This document shows positions 32,484 to 43,492 of a stretch of 64,000 nt of DNA, piece after piece. Position 1 is the stretch's first letter. The number at the start of each line of letters is the position of its first letter. The notes below the pieces were generated by a model. It had not been told where the DNA came from. It ran no database searches and worked only from the letters and a program-made list of their open reading frames with translations. The DNA lies in NCBI GenBank assembly GCA_963785235.1, contig CAWAUM010000011.1, positions 96,001 to 160,000 on the forward strand. The letters are read 5' to 3'. This DNA comes from an uncultured delta proteobacterium (GTDB lineage: Bacteria; Desulfobacterota; Desulfomonilia; UBA1062). The position numbers and the translations under genes were made by a program.

Positions 32484-32844
32484 ACTCTGTGGCATGTGAG
32501 CATAATACCTTTCATCATATTGTTAATATTGATTATTAGATGAATTTCCATTCATCTGAGATCCGGTAGAAACATATAAAAACCATGATTCATTCGATGG
32601 AATGTTCAAAGGGATTGAATGAAACGTGTGAAATGCAGGACAACAAGTTGAATAAGAGTCCCTCGAGGGTCGACATTGATTAAGACCGTAAAAATCCTCT
32701 AAAACGAAAATATCGCAAATCTCACTTCAAGGTTAAAACCCTAGTCTCAAGCTTATAAAATAAATCAGTACGCCTAAAAAACAGTACACCATAAAACCAA
32801 TACAGAAGCCAATCTACAACGATATTACCATATATTTTTTCATA

Positions 32845-32876
32845 TAAAAAAAGGAGAGGGTCTGTAAACCCTCTCC
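32845..32876 (-). terminator. Terminator of the tRNA operon
   Basis: GGAGAGGG-loop-CCCTCTCC hairpin with an A-run on + (U-tract on -). Confidence 0.8.
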
Positions 32877-32879
32877 GTG

Positions 32880-32955
32880 TGGTGGGCCATCCTGGGCTCG
32901 AACCAGGGACCTACTGATTAAGAGTCAGTTGCTCTACCAGTTGAGCTAATGGCCC
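32880..32955 (-). tRNA. tRNA-Lys(CUU)
   Basis: Reverse complement GGGCCATTAGCTCAACTGGTAGAGC...CT-CTT-AA...CCA. Confidence 0.96.
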
Positions 32956-32966
32956 ATATCTATCTT

Positions 32967-33043
32967 TGGTACGCCCGGGGCGACTCGAACGCCCGACCTG
33001 CGGATTCGAAGTCCGACGCTCTATCCAACTGAGCTACGGGCGC
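32967..33043 (-). tRNA. tRNA-Arg(UCG)
   Basis: Reverse complement GCGCCCGTAGCTCAGTTGGATAGAGC...CT-TCG-AA...CCA. Confidence 0.93.
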
Positions 33044-33055
33044 TCACCTTCAAAT

Positions 33056-33132
33056 TGGGGTGAGTGAAGGGGATCGAACCCTCGACCGCAGGAGCCACAA
33101 TCCTGTGCTCTACCATCTGAGCTACACTCACC
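33056..33132 (-). tRNA. tRNA-His(GUG)
   Basis: G-1, anticodon loop TT-GTG-GC, C discriminator and CCA. Confidence 0.96.
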
Positions 33133-33140
33133 ATATGCTC

Positions 33141-33217
<77 letters not shown>

Positions 33218-33234
33218 CCACTTAGGCCCCGCTA

Positions 33235-33312
<78 letters not shown>

Positions 33313-33509
33313 TAGTGGAGCCTTATAGCAGAGGGTCTTAGGGCATGGCAAGCACTTTTTCCGCAGGGAAAATGCCAAGCAACTGATTAATTTAATTCAA
33401 TAAAAATAAAGCGTCTCAAAATCCAATGCATACCATTGCAGCGAGGTAAGTAGGAGAAAATCATGACAACAAGGAGGGTCTGGCGCCTCAGATACAAACC
33501 GGGTGATCT

Positions 33510-33956
33510 CTATGCCTGGTAATCGTCAAGCAAGGCCAGCACATGCTCTTCAACAGCCTCCATCTCGTGGGTCATCTCCTCAGAGACGCCTTCATGGTTA
33601 TATCCGCACAGGTGGCAGATCCCGTGGACCAGCAGTGCCCTGATGCGGTCCATTGTCTCTATACCTGCCTCGAGAGCTTCTTCAGCAGCCTTTTCCACTG
33701 AGATGACCACATCCCCCAGGTGGCTGCCTTGCAGGCCTTCACCTTCCTGCTGGGGAAAGGAGATGACGTTGGTGGGCTTGTCACGGTCAAGGTATTCCCG
33801 GTTCAAGGCCTGGATATCAGCGTTGTCGGTGAGCACCACGCACAGTTCCACGCCCTGCCTGCCGAGGATTTCAAGGATCCGGACCGCCAGCTCGCCCAGG
33901 AGGTCGACATCGACCTCAATGACCTTCTGTTCGTTGATGATATCGATGAGGTTCAT
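33510..33956 (-). CDS. ybeY: rRNA maturation RNase YbeY
   Basis: Motifs LNREYLDRDKPTNVISF, LGDVVIS and HGICHLCGYNH. Confidence 0.95.
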   Translation of the reverse strand: MNLIDIINEQKVIEVDVDLLGELAVRILEILGRQGVELCVVLTDNADIQALNREYLDRDKPTNVISFPQQEGEGLQGSHLGDVVISVEKAAEEALEAGIETMDRIRALLVHGICHLCGYNHEGVSEEMTHEMEAVEEHVLALLDDYQA

Positions 33957-34897
33957 CTGCCGCTCTTGTCATAGGCACGGATGATCTTGGCCACTATCTT
34001 GTGCCTGACCACGTCATCCTCTGAGAAATACACGAAACCGAGCTCGTCGATGTCCTTGAGGATCTGTGACGCCTCCACCAGGCCTGATATGGTGCCCTGG
34101 GGCAGGTCGATCTGGGTGACATCACCGGTTATGACGGCCTTGGAGTTGAACCCGAGCCTGGTGAGGAACATCTTCATCTGCTCGGAGGTGGTGTTCTGCG
34201 CCTCGTCCAGGATGATGAAGGCGTCGTTCAAGGTCCTGCCCCGCATGAATGCCAGCGGTGCTACCTCGATATGGTCCCTGGCTATGAGCCTCAGGACATG
34301 GTCACGCTCCAGCATATCGTACAGGGCGTCATACAGGGGCCTCAGGTAGGGGTTCACCTTCTCCTGCAGGTCGCCGGGCAGAAAGCCGAGCCGTTCCCCT
34401 GCCTCCACTGCAGGCCGGGTTAGCACGATGCGCTCCACCTTCTTCTTCAGCAGATAGTGCACCCCCATGGCAAGTGCCAGGTAGGTCTTGCCTGTCCCTG
34501 CAGGGCCGATGCCGAAGAGGATGTCTTTGAAGCGCATGGCATCGATGTAACGCTTCTGTTGCAGGCTCTTGGGGAAGATCACCTTTTTCGTGGAGGAAAT
34601 ATAGATGTTGTCCTTAAACACGTCCTCCAGGTCCACGTTGTGGTCCTTGGCGATCATCCGCACGGCGTACCAGACATCATCAGGATAGATGGGGAACCCG
34701 CCTTTTATGAGCTTGTAGAGGTCTTTGAGGGCGTGCTCTGCAAGCTCCACATCAAGGCTTTCGCCTGTAAGTTCGATGGTGTTGCCCTTGAGCGCACATT
34801 TGACCCCGACAGATTCTTCAAGGATCTTCAGGTGGGAACAATTGTCACCGGCAAGCTGCCGCAATATGTACGTGTCTGAGAAGTCGATTGTGGGCAT
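33953..34897 (-). CDS. phoH: PhoH family protein
   Basis: Motifs GPAGTGKT, LTRPAVEAGERLGFLPG, FMRGRTL and DEAQN; start placed at MPTIDF. Confidence 0.95.
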   Translation of the reverse strand: MPTIDFSDTYILRQLAGDNCSHLKILEESVGVKCALKGNTIELTGESLDVELAEHALKDLYKLIKGGFPIYPDDVWYAVRMIAKDHNVDLEDVFKDNIYISSTKKVIFPKSLQQKRYIDAMRFKDILFGIGPAGTGKTYLALAMGVHYLLKKKVERIVLTRPAVEAGERLGFLPGDLQEKVNPYLRPLYDALYDMLERDHVLRLIARDHIEVAPLAFMRGRTLNDAFIILDEAQNTTSEQMKMFLTRLGFNSKAVITGDVTQIDLPQGTISGLVEASQILKDIDELGFVYFSEDDVVRHKIVAKIIRAYDKSGR

Positions 34898-35014
34898 GGA
34901 TTTGTGTGTGGCCTCTTTTTTCCCTGAATGGTTTAAGGCATATACCAAATCCTGAGGTGTTACAAGTTCATTTCCTGTGTTGCAGATCCGCATGTGTTGT
35001 ACTATGTACTCACC

Positions 35015-35380
35015 ATGTTCACAGCAAAGGTCATGGAGGGTTTCAGCGCTGCGCACCGCCTCAGGGGCTACCAGGGTGACTGCGAGAGACTGCACGGCCA
35101 CAACTATCGCGTGGAGGTCGCTGTGGAATCGCCGCAGCTTGACTCCGCAGGCATTATCATGGACTTTCGCGATCTCAAGCAGATCCTCAAAAAGGTGCTC
35201 GCAGATCTCGACCACCAGTACCTCAACGATCTCGATCCCTTTACACAGATCAATCCTTCGGCCGAGAACATTGCAAAACACATTTATCACGCTGTCTCAG
35301 GGGCTATGAAGACGCCGGTATCACTCAAAGAAGTCACGGTCTGGGAGAACGATTCCTGCTGCGTGACCTATTCAGGGTAG
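35015..35380 (+). CDS. queD: 6-carboxytetrahydropterin synthase QueD
   Basis: Motifs FSAAHRL, CERLHGHNY, LDHQYLN, PSAENIA and VWE. Confidence 0.93.
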   Translation: MFTAKVMEGFSAAHRLRGYQGDCERLHGHNYRVEVAVESPQLDSAGIIMDFRDLKQILKKVLADLDHQYLNDLDPFTQINPSAENIAKHIYHAVSGAMKTPVSLKEVTVWENDSCCVTYSG

Positions 35381-35392
35381 GAAGGCCCGGCC

Positions 35393-36170
35393 ATGAAGGA
35401 CGTGCAGAAACAGAAGCCGGACAATCCCTTGTACATCGAGAAGGTGGGAGTCAAAGGGATCAGCTACCCCATCGTGGTATCCGACAAGAAGAAAGGCTCC
35501 CAGCACACGGTGGCCTCCATCAGTCTTTCCGTGGATCTGCCCCGGGAATTCAAGGGCACGCACATGAGCCGTTTCATCGAGGTGCTCAACGAGCATAAGG
35601 AAGAGATCCATATCAAGAACTTCGAGCATATCTTAAATGAGATCAAGCGTTCTCTGGAGGCCGAGAGCGCCCACATGGAGATCGAGTTTCCCTATTTCAT
35701 CGAGAAGGAGGCCCCGGTGACCGGGGCTGTAGGTCTCATGGAATACACGTGCTCGCTCATGGGCATGGTCGGCTGCAAAGCGGGAGTTCAAGGTGGGCGT
35801 GAAGGTCCCTATCCAGACGCTCTGCCCGTGCTCCAAGGAGATCAGTGATTTCGGTGCCCATAACCAGCGGGGCATCGTGACGGCAGTAGTGCGTTACGAG
35901 AAGTTCTTCTGGATGGAGGATCTCATCGGAATCATCGAGGGCTGCGGGTCAAGCCCGGTTTATCCCGTTCTCAAGAGGCCCGATGAGAAATTCGTCACGG
36001 AACATGCCTACCAGAATCCCAAGTTCGTGGAAGACGTTGTCCGGCAGGTGGCATCCATCCTGAGCGTCAGGGACGAGTTCTCCTGGTTTTCGGTGGAGGC
36101 GGAGAATTACGAGAGCATCCACAACCATAGCGCATACGCATATATCGAGAGCGAACAGACGCATGGCTGA
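35393..36170 (+). CDS. folE2: GTP cyclohydrolase IB (frameshift near 35780)
   Basis: Motifs [38 protein letters not shown] and ESIHNH. Confidence 0.93.
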
Positions 36171-37187
36171 AGATGTTCTGCCCCTGGGCAAGCTCCCCGT
36201 CGAACTCCTCCGGCAATTCCTTCAAGGGCTCCCCGAAACTCACCCGGATGTGATCGTGGGGCCGGGCATAGGCATGGACGCTGCGGTTATCCGCTTCGGT
36301 CAGGAGCAGCTGGTCTTCAAGACCGACCCCATCACCTTTGCCGCGGATGACATCGCCTGGTACCTCGTCACCATCAATGCCAACGACATTGCCTGCATGG
36401 GCGGTATCCCGAAATACCTCCTTGCAACCTTCCTCCTGCCCCAGGGCGCAACGACGCCAGTAACGCGCTTCAGCCATTTTTTCACGGCTCAAAGAGGCAT
36501 GCGAAGCAGGCGGAATCACCCTTGTGGGCGGTCATACCGAGATCACCCATGGGATCGAGCGGCCTATTGCCGTCGGGTTCATGATAGGTACCATATCCAG
36601 GCACGGCATCATCCGTTCCTCCGGTGCAAAACCTGGTGACGCCATCCTCCTGAGCAAGGGCATACCCCTTGAGGCAACTGCGCTCCTGGCGCGTGAGTTC
36701 GCCCATAAGCTGGGCCTCGATGAAGATACCCTGAAACAGGCGCAGGACCTTATCTATACCCCGGGCATCAGCGTGGTGGCCGATGCCCGGATCGCGCTGG
36801 AGACAGGCGGTGTTACCGCCATGCATGACCCCACCGAGGGCGGCCTTGCCACCGGGCTCTCTGAGCTTGCAGGCGCCAGCGGGTGCGGCGTGGAGGTGCA
36901 CCTGGAGAACATCCCTGTTATCGATCTTGCAGATAGGATCCTGAGCGTCTTTTCTATTGACCCTCTGGGCGCCCTGGCATCAGGATCCTTAATCGTGTGC
37001 TGCAAACCCGAAAATGCCGGGGCCATCCTTTCGGCCTGGGAGGAGGCCGGGATCAAAGGCGCCCTCATCGGGCACCATGACTTCATCGCCTGGGCTCATC
37101 CTCTACCGGGATGGGAAAGCCGGGCCTCTGCCGGAGTTCAAGGCGGACGAGATTACTAAGGCTTTTAAACCCGGATGTTGCAGGTGA
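36163..37187 (+). CDS. AIR-synthase-related (HypE-like) protein, two frameshifts
   Basis: Motifs [39 protein letters not shown] and DEI. Confidence 0.85.
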
Positions 37188-37272
37188 GTATACCCGGGAA
37201 TGTCCTAGGCGCAGCAGAATAGACTTAAGCATAAAAATTCCCAGTGACCAAAAAGAATTTTTTTAAAACAAG

Positions 37273-37357
37273 TCCGTTTAAATCCTTCATCTTGCAGCCT
37301 CCAGGACCGATAAAATTAACGTTCCACAAAGGCTGCAAGATGAAGGATTTAAACGGA
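37273..37357. repeat. Perfect 28-bp inverted repeat with 29-bp spacer
   Basis: TCCGTTTAAATCCTTCATCTTGCAGCCT (37273-37300) and its exact reverse complement (37330-37357). Confidence 0.92.
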
Positions 37358-37505
37358 TCAAATTTTTTTCACCTCATACATGTAACATCGGTGCTTGAAA
37401 ACAAAATCCGGGTTAACACCCATGAAGAGCCAGCATGGGCATAAAATGGCTCTGTCTCCAACGCCTATCTTGACTTGTGAGTAGCGGCATCATACAACAT
37501 TTTCT

Positions 37506-38840
37506 ATGAAAAGGATCCTCATAGCCAACAGGGGCGAGGTGGTACTCCGGGTACTCAGGACAGCCCATGAGCTGGGCCTGGAAACCATCGTTGTCTACTC
37601 CGAGGCGGACAAGGACATGGAATACCTTAACTTCGCCGATGAGGCTGTGATGATAGGCCCCGAGCAGGCCTCCAAGAGTTACCTCAACATCGATGCCATC
37701 ATCTCTGCGGCCCTTGCCTGGAAGGCCAATGCCATCCATCCCGGCTACGGATTCCTTTCAGAGAATCCCCAATTCGCATTTGTCTGCGAGGAGAACGGCA
37801 TCGAATTCATCGGCCCCACGAGCACGACCTTAAGGACCATCGGAAACAAATCCCGGACAAAAGAGGTGGCCAAGTCACTGGGAATACCTACCATACCGGG
37901 CTCCTACGGGGTGGTTGCCGACATCAACCAGACAATCCTTCTGGCACAGGATCTCGGTTTCCCTGTGATCCTCAAGTCGCTGTATGGGGGAGGCGGAAGG
38001 GGAATGAAGGTCGCCTTCAGCGATGACCAGCTCAGGCAGCATTTCGCCAGCGTGAGCAGCGAGGCTAGCGCCGCATTCGGTCGCAGCGAGATCTACATTG
38101 AGCACTATATCACCGCTCCCCGTCATCTTGAGGTCCAGGTCCTTGCCGATGCATACGGAAACATAAGGATCTACTCGGACCGTGAGTGCTCCATCCAGAG
38201 GCGCCATCAGAAGATCATCGAGGAGGCACCGATTCCCTCTATCGATGCGGATCTCAGGCAGAGCCTGTGGGATTGGTCCAAGGGGATCATCCAGGCCATC
38301 GGATTCAAGGGCCTCGGCACGGTGGAATTTCTCATGGATCAGGAAGGGGGCATCTATTTCCTTGAGATAAACGGCAGGCTCCAGGTGGAGCATCCGGTCA
38401 CGGAGATGATTTCCGGGATTGACTTGGTACGTGAGCAGATCATGGTTGCAGCAGGCGCACGCATTGAACCTTTCCCGGTCATAACTACAGGGCATGCCAT
38501 CGAATGCCGGATCAACGCGGAAAATACATCCAAGAACTTCATGCCCACCACCGGGACCATCGCGAGGCTGCGGCTGCCGAGCGGACCGGGCACCAGGGTG
38601 GACACACACCTCTTCCCGGGCTGCATCGTTACCCCTTTTTACGATCCCCTGCTGGTAAAGCTCATTGCGCACCACACGACGAGGAACGGTGCGCTCCGCC
38701 GGATGGGCAGGATGCTTGACGAGACTGTCATCGACGGCCTCACCACGAACAAAGAACTGCTCTACAAGCTGCTCAACCATGACAGTTTCCTTGCCGGCAA
38801 CGGAGATACATCCCTGGTTACCCAACTCCTCAATAAATAG
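37506..38840 (+). CDS. accC: Biotin carboxylase subunit
   Basis: Motifs ILIANRGE, IHPGYGFLSEN, GGGGRGM, ECSIQRRHQK and RLQVEHPVTE. Confidence 0.88.
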   Translation: MKRILIANRGEVVLRVLRTAHELGLETIVVYSEADKDMEYLNFADEAVMIGPEQASKSYLNIDAIISAALAWKANAIHPGYGFLSENPQFAFVCEENGIEFIGPTSTTLRTIGNKSRTKEVAKSLGIPTIPGSYGVVADINQTILLAQDLGFPVILKSLYGGGGRGMKVAFSDDQLRQHFASVSSEASAAFGRSEIYIEHYITAPRHLEVQVLADAYGNIRIYSDRECSIQRRHQKIIEEAPIPSIDADLRQSLWDWSKGIIQAIGFKGLGTVEFLMDQEGGIYFLEINGRLQVEHPVTEMISGIDLVREQIMVAAGARIEPFPVITTGHAIECRINAENTSKNFMPTTGTIARLRLPSGPGTRVDTHLFPGCIVTPFYDPLLVKLIAHHTTRNGALRRMGRMLDETVIDGLTTNKELLYKLLNHDSFLAGNGDTSLVTQLLNK

Positions 38841-38980
38841 TCATGTAAACGAGGATTTATGCGTAAGGCTTTCCTGGAGCGCAGAGAATATTCATGGGTA
38901 CATTCAACTACAAAATCGGGTCAGAAAAAACAGCTCTATTTGCTTGTAAATCATGTTTTATGGATATAGCATCCGACTCC

Positions 38981-39947
38981 ATGAAGGTACATGGATTAAT
39001 AATCATAACGATCTTTATATTGGGATTTAGCCTGATGAACTCATGTGCGCACAAGGATGCCTCCAGGAGAAGCGGCCCTGACGCCCGAAGTCCAGTCTGC
39101 TGTGCAGCCCGTAATAATGACCACCTCAGGCCTGAATCTGATCAATGAAACCCAGGCAAAAAGGTATGTGGAAGATCTCATCGCAAGCAAAGGCCTTGAC
39201 AAGGTTCGTGCACATGACTTGATGAACGACCCCCGGGTGGTCTTTGATGAGAAATTTGTCCTGAAAAACCTCAATTTTGTCAGACCCCCGGCCTCTGCAA
39301 AAAGTCCTGGGCGTATGGAATTCGACAATAAGTATGTCATAAAGGGCAGGGCCTTCATCGAAGAAAACCAGAATCTCTTTGATGAAATCCTTCAGAAGTA
39401 CGAGATTTCCCCCGAGATCATCATGGCGATACTCATTATTGAAACAAGGATCGGGACCTACCCTATGAAGTACAGTGCATTTAATGTCTATGCGAACATT
39501 TCCCTCATATCCGACCCGGCCATCATGGAAAGGCTCAAAGACTTAACCGGTGTGGACAATATCCCCCTTCATGACGCCGAAGGTATGAAGAAGACCCTTG
39601 CAAGGGGAAGATGGGCTGCGGGCGAACTCTATAACCTGATCCTGATTGCCGATACCCTGGGGCTCGACCCACTGGAGATAAAGGGGTCCGTAGGAGGCGC
39701 CATGGGTCCGGCGCAATTCATCCCGACCACCTTCATGAAATGGGGTGCTGATGGCGACGATGACGGCGTGAGGAATCCCTTCAGCATGCCGGATGCCATT
39801 GCGAGTATTGCGAATCTCCTGAAAAAATCAGGCTGGAGGGAAAACGGTGATGAAAAAAAGAATCGCGGTGCCATATGGTTGTACAACCATAGCGACGTCT
39901 ATGTGAACACCATAATGAAGCTCTATGAGGACCTCTCAAATACATAG
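38981..39947 (+). CDS. Lytic murein transglycosylase (MltB/SLT_2) lipoprotein; frameshift after the signal peptide
   Basis: Lipobox-like MNS-C in one frame; IIETRIG, GSVGGAMGPAQFIPT and YNHS in the next. Confidence 0.85.
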
Positions 39948-40028
39948 AGGGCAAATGCTTTTTCGTTCTCTTTTAACGCTGTTGAAGATTGTCTTTGGCC
40001 GTGGTATTGCCTGTAAAGGGGTATAATC

Positions 40029-40907
40029 GTGGATATTGGCGAATTGATCGCGACCAAGAAGGCGGTCTTTGATGAATACCTTAACGGCTACCTTCTTGAA
40101 CAAAAAAGCAGCTCCGGGGTTTTCGAGGCCTACTCCTACAGCCTCAAGGCAGGCGGAAAGAGGATCAGACCCATCCTTGCCATGCTCGCGTCCGAGGCTG
40201 CAGGAGGACCAGACAGGGCTGCTTTGCCTGTAGGGCTTGCCATTGAGATGATTCACACCTTCAGTCTCATCCATGATGACCTGCCGGCCCTTGACAATGA
40301 TGATCTGAGAAGGGGCATGCCCACGTGCCACAAGAAGTTCGGAGAGGCCACGGCCATCCTGGCTGGTGATGCCCTTATCTTCCAGGCCCTGTCGGTTATC
40401 TGCACAAGCACGTATCCGCCGCAGGTCAAGGTGGACCTGTGCACTGCTTTTGCCGATATCTGCGGCACATCTGGGCTTGTACAGGGAGAGTATGAGGATG
40501 TGATGGCCGAGGGCAAGGACTTGTTGCCCTCAAAGATTGAAGAGATCTATATCCAGAAGACATCGCGCCTTTTCGAACTGTGCATGTATGCAGGTGCCCG
40601 GATTGCCTGCGACGACGACATCCTGATCAGGGCCCTGGCCGGTTTCGGCACACATCTGGGGCTCGCATTCCAGGCCATTGATGACATCTTGGATATAACA
40701 TCCGACAGAGAAACACTGGGCAAGAGCGCAGGTAAAGACCTGGCCCAGAACAAGGCTACCGTGGTGAAGGCCCTTGGTATCGATGAAGCGCGCTTATGGG
40801 CACAAGCAGCCACCTTCAGGGCCATAGCGTCACTTGACGGTATACACCCGGAAAAGATGGAGAACCTGAGAAGGCTGGCCTTGTGGATGCTCAAGCGGGT
40901 AATGTGA
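40029..40907 (+). CDS. ispA: Polyprenyl (farnesyl/geranylgeranyl) diphosphate synthase
   Basis: Motifs GGKRIRP, SLIHDDLPALDNDDLRRG, FQAIDDILD and GKD. Confidence 0.93.
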   Translation: MDIGELIATKKAVFDEYLNGYLLEQKSSSGVFEAYSYSLKAGGKRIRPILAMLASEAAGGPDRAALPVGLAIEMIHTFSLIHDDLPALDNDDLRRGMPTCHKKFGEATAILAGDALIFQALSVICTSTYPPQVKVDLCTAFADICGTSGLVQGEYEDVMAEGKDLLPSKIEEIYIQKTSRLFELCMYAGARIACDDDILIRALAGFGTHLGLAFQAIDDILDITSDRETLGKSAGKDLAQNKATVVKALGIDEARLWAQAATFRAIASLDGIHPEKMENLRRLALWMLKRVM

Positions 40908-40909
40908 CC

Positions 40910-42758
40910 ATGGATATACTTCAGACCATTTCATCACCAGCAGACCTTAAAGCGCTCGACATCAGCCGGCTCGAGACCCTGGCCCATGAGATAAGGGAGT
41001 TTATCATCGAGTGCGTGAGCCAAACAGGGGGACACCTGGCATCAAGCCTCGGGACCGTGGAACTCACCCTTGCCATGCACTATGTATTCAACTCGCCTCT
41101 GGACAAGATATTGTGGGATGTGGGTCATCAGGGGTACACGCATAAGATCATCACGGGCAGGAGGGATGCCTTTCACACCCTGCGCCAGCATGGCGGCCTG
41201 TGCCCGTTCATGAGCCCTGCGGAAAGCCCTTATGATGCCTTTGTCTCTGGCCATACCGGAAATGCCCTGCCTGCTGCCAGCGGCATCTGCGAGACCCTGA
41301 CAAAGGCCGAGAGCAAAAACCGCGTGATAGCGGTTATCGGCGATGGATCACTGTCCAACGGACTCACCTTCGAAGGTCTGAACTTTGTGGGTATGAGGAA
41401 ACAGAACCTCATTGTGGTCCTGAACGACAACAATATGTTCATCTCCAAACGTGTCGGCGCGGTGGCGGACTATTTAAGCAGGATCATGACCTCAAAACGT
41501 GTCCGGGACGTAAGGGAGGGGATCAAGCACACGCTGAAGCGCATCCCTCTTGTGGGCAACACCATCTACAGGGTAGCCAAGCTCATCGAAGGTAACCTCA
41601 AGGGAGTAGTGACTGAGGGGCTGCTCTTCGAGGAGATGGGGTTCAGATATGTGGGCCCCATCGACGGGCACAACATGGCGCATCTCGTGGAGGCATTCCA
41701 GAATATCGCCACTATGGATGAGCCCATCTTTCTCCACATCATTACACAGAAAGGCCGCGGATACCATCCGGCAGTAAAGGACCCGGAGCATTATCATGGT
41801 GTGGGCAAATTCGACCTGGAAAACGGTGACGGCCCCAAGGCTTCGCCTGAGCCGACCTATTCGGATGTCTTCGGCGAAACCCTTATCAGACTCGCCAAAA
41901 GGGATCCCCGGATCATTGCTTTAAGCCCGGCCATGACCTCGGGTACGGGGCTTAAGGAATTCGCGCTGCGCTACCCGGATCGGTTCTATGATGTGGGCAT
42001 TGCCGAAGGACATGCCGTCACCATGGCCGCAGCCATGGCCCTGTTCGGCCTGAGGCCGGTGGTGGCTATTTATTCAACCTTCCTTCAGCGCGGCTTTGAC
42101 TCCATCATCCATGATGTGGCACTGCAGAACGCGCCGGTCATCTTTGCCATAGACCGTGCAGGCCTTGTAGGTGCTGATGGCCCCACCCATCATGGCACCT
42201 TTGACCTTGCCTATCTGCGGAGCATCCCGAACATGGCCATCATGGTCCCCCGCGACCAGCTCATGCTGGAGAAGATGCTCGAGTACGGCCTGAGCCTCCA
42301 AAGGCCCGTGGCCATCAGGTATCCCCGGGATAAGATCGTGGCCTCACCCATAAAGGCTTCAAGATTGAAGCTGGGCAGGCCCGAGATTCTGAAAAAAGGC
42401 GGCAAGCGCGGTGGTATTCTGCGTGGGCCCCTTGTGCTACAAGGCGCTCGAGGCTGCCAGCGACCTGGATGACGTGGCAGTGGTTGATCTTGTTTTCGCA
42501 AAACCCATGGATGTCAAAGCCATCAGGGAACTGGTGATCGCCGCACAAGGCAAGTTTGTTGTGGTAGAGGACGGGTGTGTTCATGGAGGCATTGGCTCGG
42601 CAGTCCTCGAGGCCCTGCAGGATATTGAAATACCCCTCAAATTCAGGCTCGTGGGAATACCAGACAGGTTCATCGAGCATGGTTCATTGAACGATCTCAA
42701 GAAGATAGTGGGCCTCGATGCACAAGGAATCCGCAAGGCCCTTAAGGATATTCTATGA
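40910..42758 (+). CDS. dxs: 1-deoxy-D-xylulose-5-phosphate synthase (frameshift near 42400)
   Basis: Motifs GGHLASSLG, WDVGHQ, IGDGS, DVGIAE, YSTFLQR and DGPTHHG. Confidence 0.95.
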
Positions 42759-43492
42759 AGGTGCGCCTGGACAAGCTTCTGGTGGATAAAGGTCTTGTTG
42801 AGACCAGGTCCAAGGCCCTTGGCCTTATCATGGCAGGCCACGTACTGGTGGCCGGACACCCGGTGACCAAGGCCGGGAGCGCTATCGAGGACGATTCCCT
42901 CATATCAATAAAGGCAGGGAACGCCTTTGTAAGCAGGGGGGCGCTGAAGCTGGAAGCCGCGCTGGATGCATTTTCCGTGGAGGTTCAGGGCCTGGTCGCC
43001 CTTGATGTAGGCTCGTCCACCGGGGGCTTCACCGAGCTCATGCTGAAAAGGGGAGCGAAGAGGGTATATGCCGTAGATGTCGGCCACGGCCAGCTCCACT
43101 GGAGGCTGAGGAAGGATCCCCGGGTAATATGCCTGGAGGGCATCAATGCACGCACGATCGGCCGCGAGCACGTGTCCGAGCCGTGCGACATGGCCACCTT
43201 TGACGTGTCATTCATATCTTTAAGGCTTGTCGTCCCGCCGGTGCTGAACCTGCTGACGGATAATGCCCACCTCATCGCACTCATCAAGCCCCAGTTCGAG
43301 GCCGGCCGGGACCAGGTGGGCAAGGGTGGTGTGATCCGTGATCCTGCTGTCCACGAATCGGTAATAAACGGTATCAGTTCCTTTCTTTGTGACCTGGCGT
43401 TGGAAGTGGACGGGGTTATCCCCTCACCGATCAAGGGTGCCAAGGGAAACCAGGAATATCTTATCCATGCAATGAAAAAGGCCTTGCAATGA
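42755..43492 (+). CDS. tlyA: TlyA family rRNA methyltransferase
   Basis: S4 domain; motifs VSRGALKL, DVGSSTGGFT, DVSFISL and LIKPQFE. Confidence 0.95.
   Translation: MKVRLDKLLVDKGLVETRSKALGLIMAGHVLVAGHPVTKAGSAIEDDSLISIKAGNAFVSRGALKLEAALDAFSVEVQGLVALDVGSSTGGFTELMLKRGAKRVYAVDVGHGQLHWRLRKDPRVICLEGINARTIGREHVSEPCDMATFDVSFISLRLVVPPVLNLLTDNAHLIALIKPQFEAGRDQVGKGGVIRDPAVHESVINGISSFLCDLALEVDGVIPSPIKGAKGNQEYLIHAMKKALQ

Noticed and set aside
33953-35290. 445-aa PhoH with a long N-terminal extension
   Set aside because: The extension is the antisense shadow of queD; PhoH homology starts near 34897.
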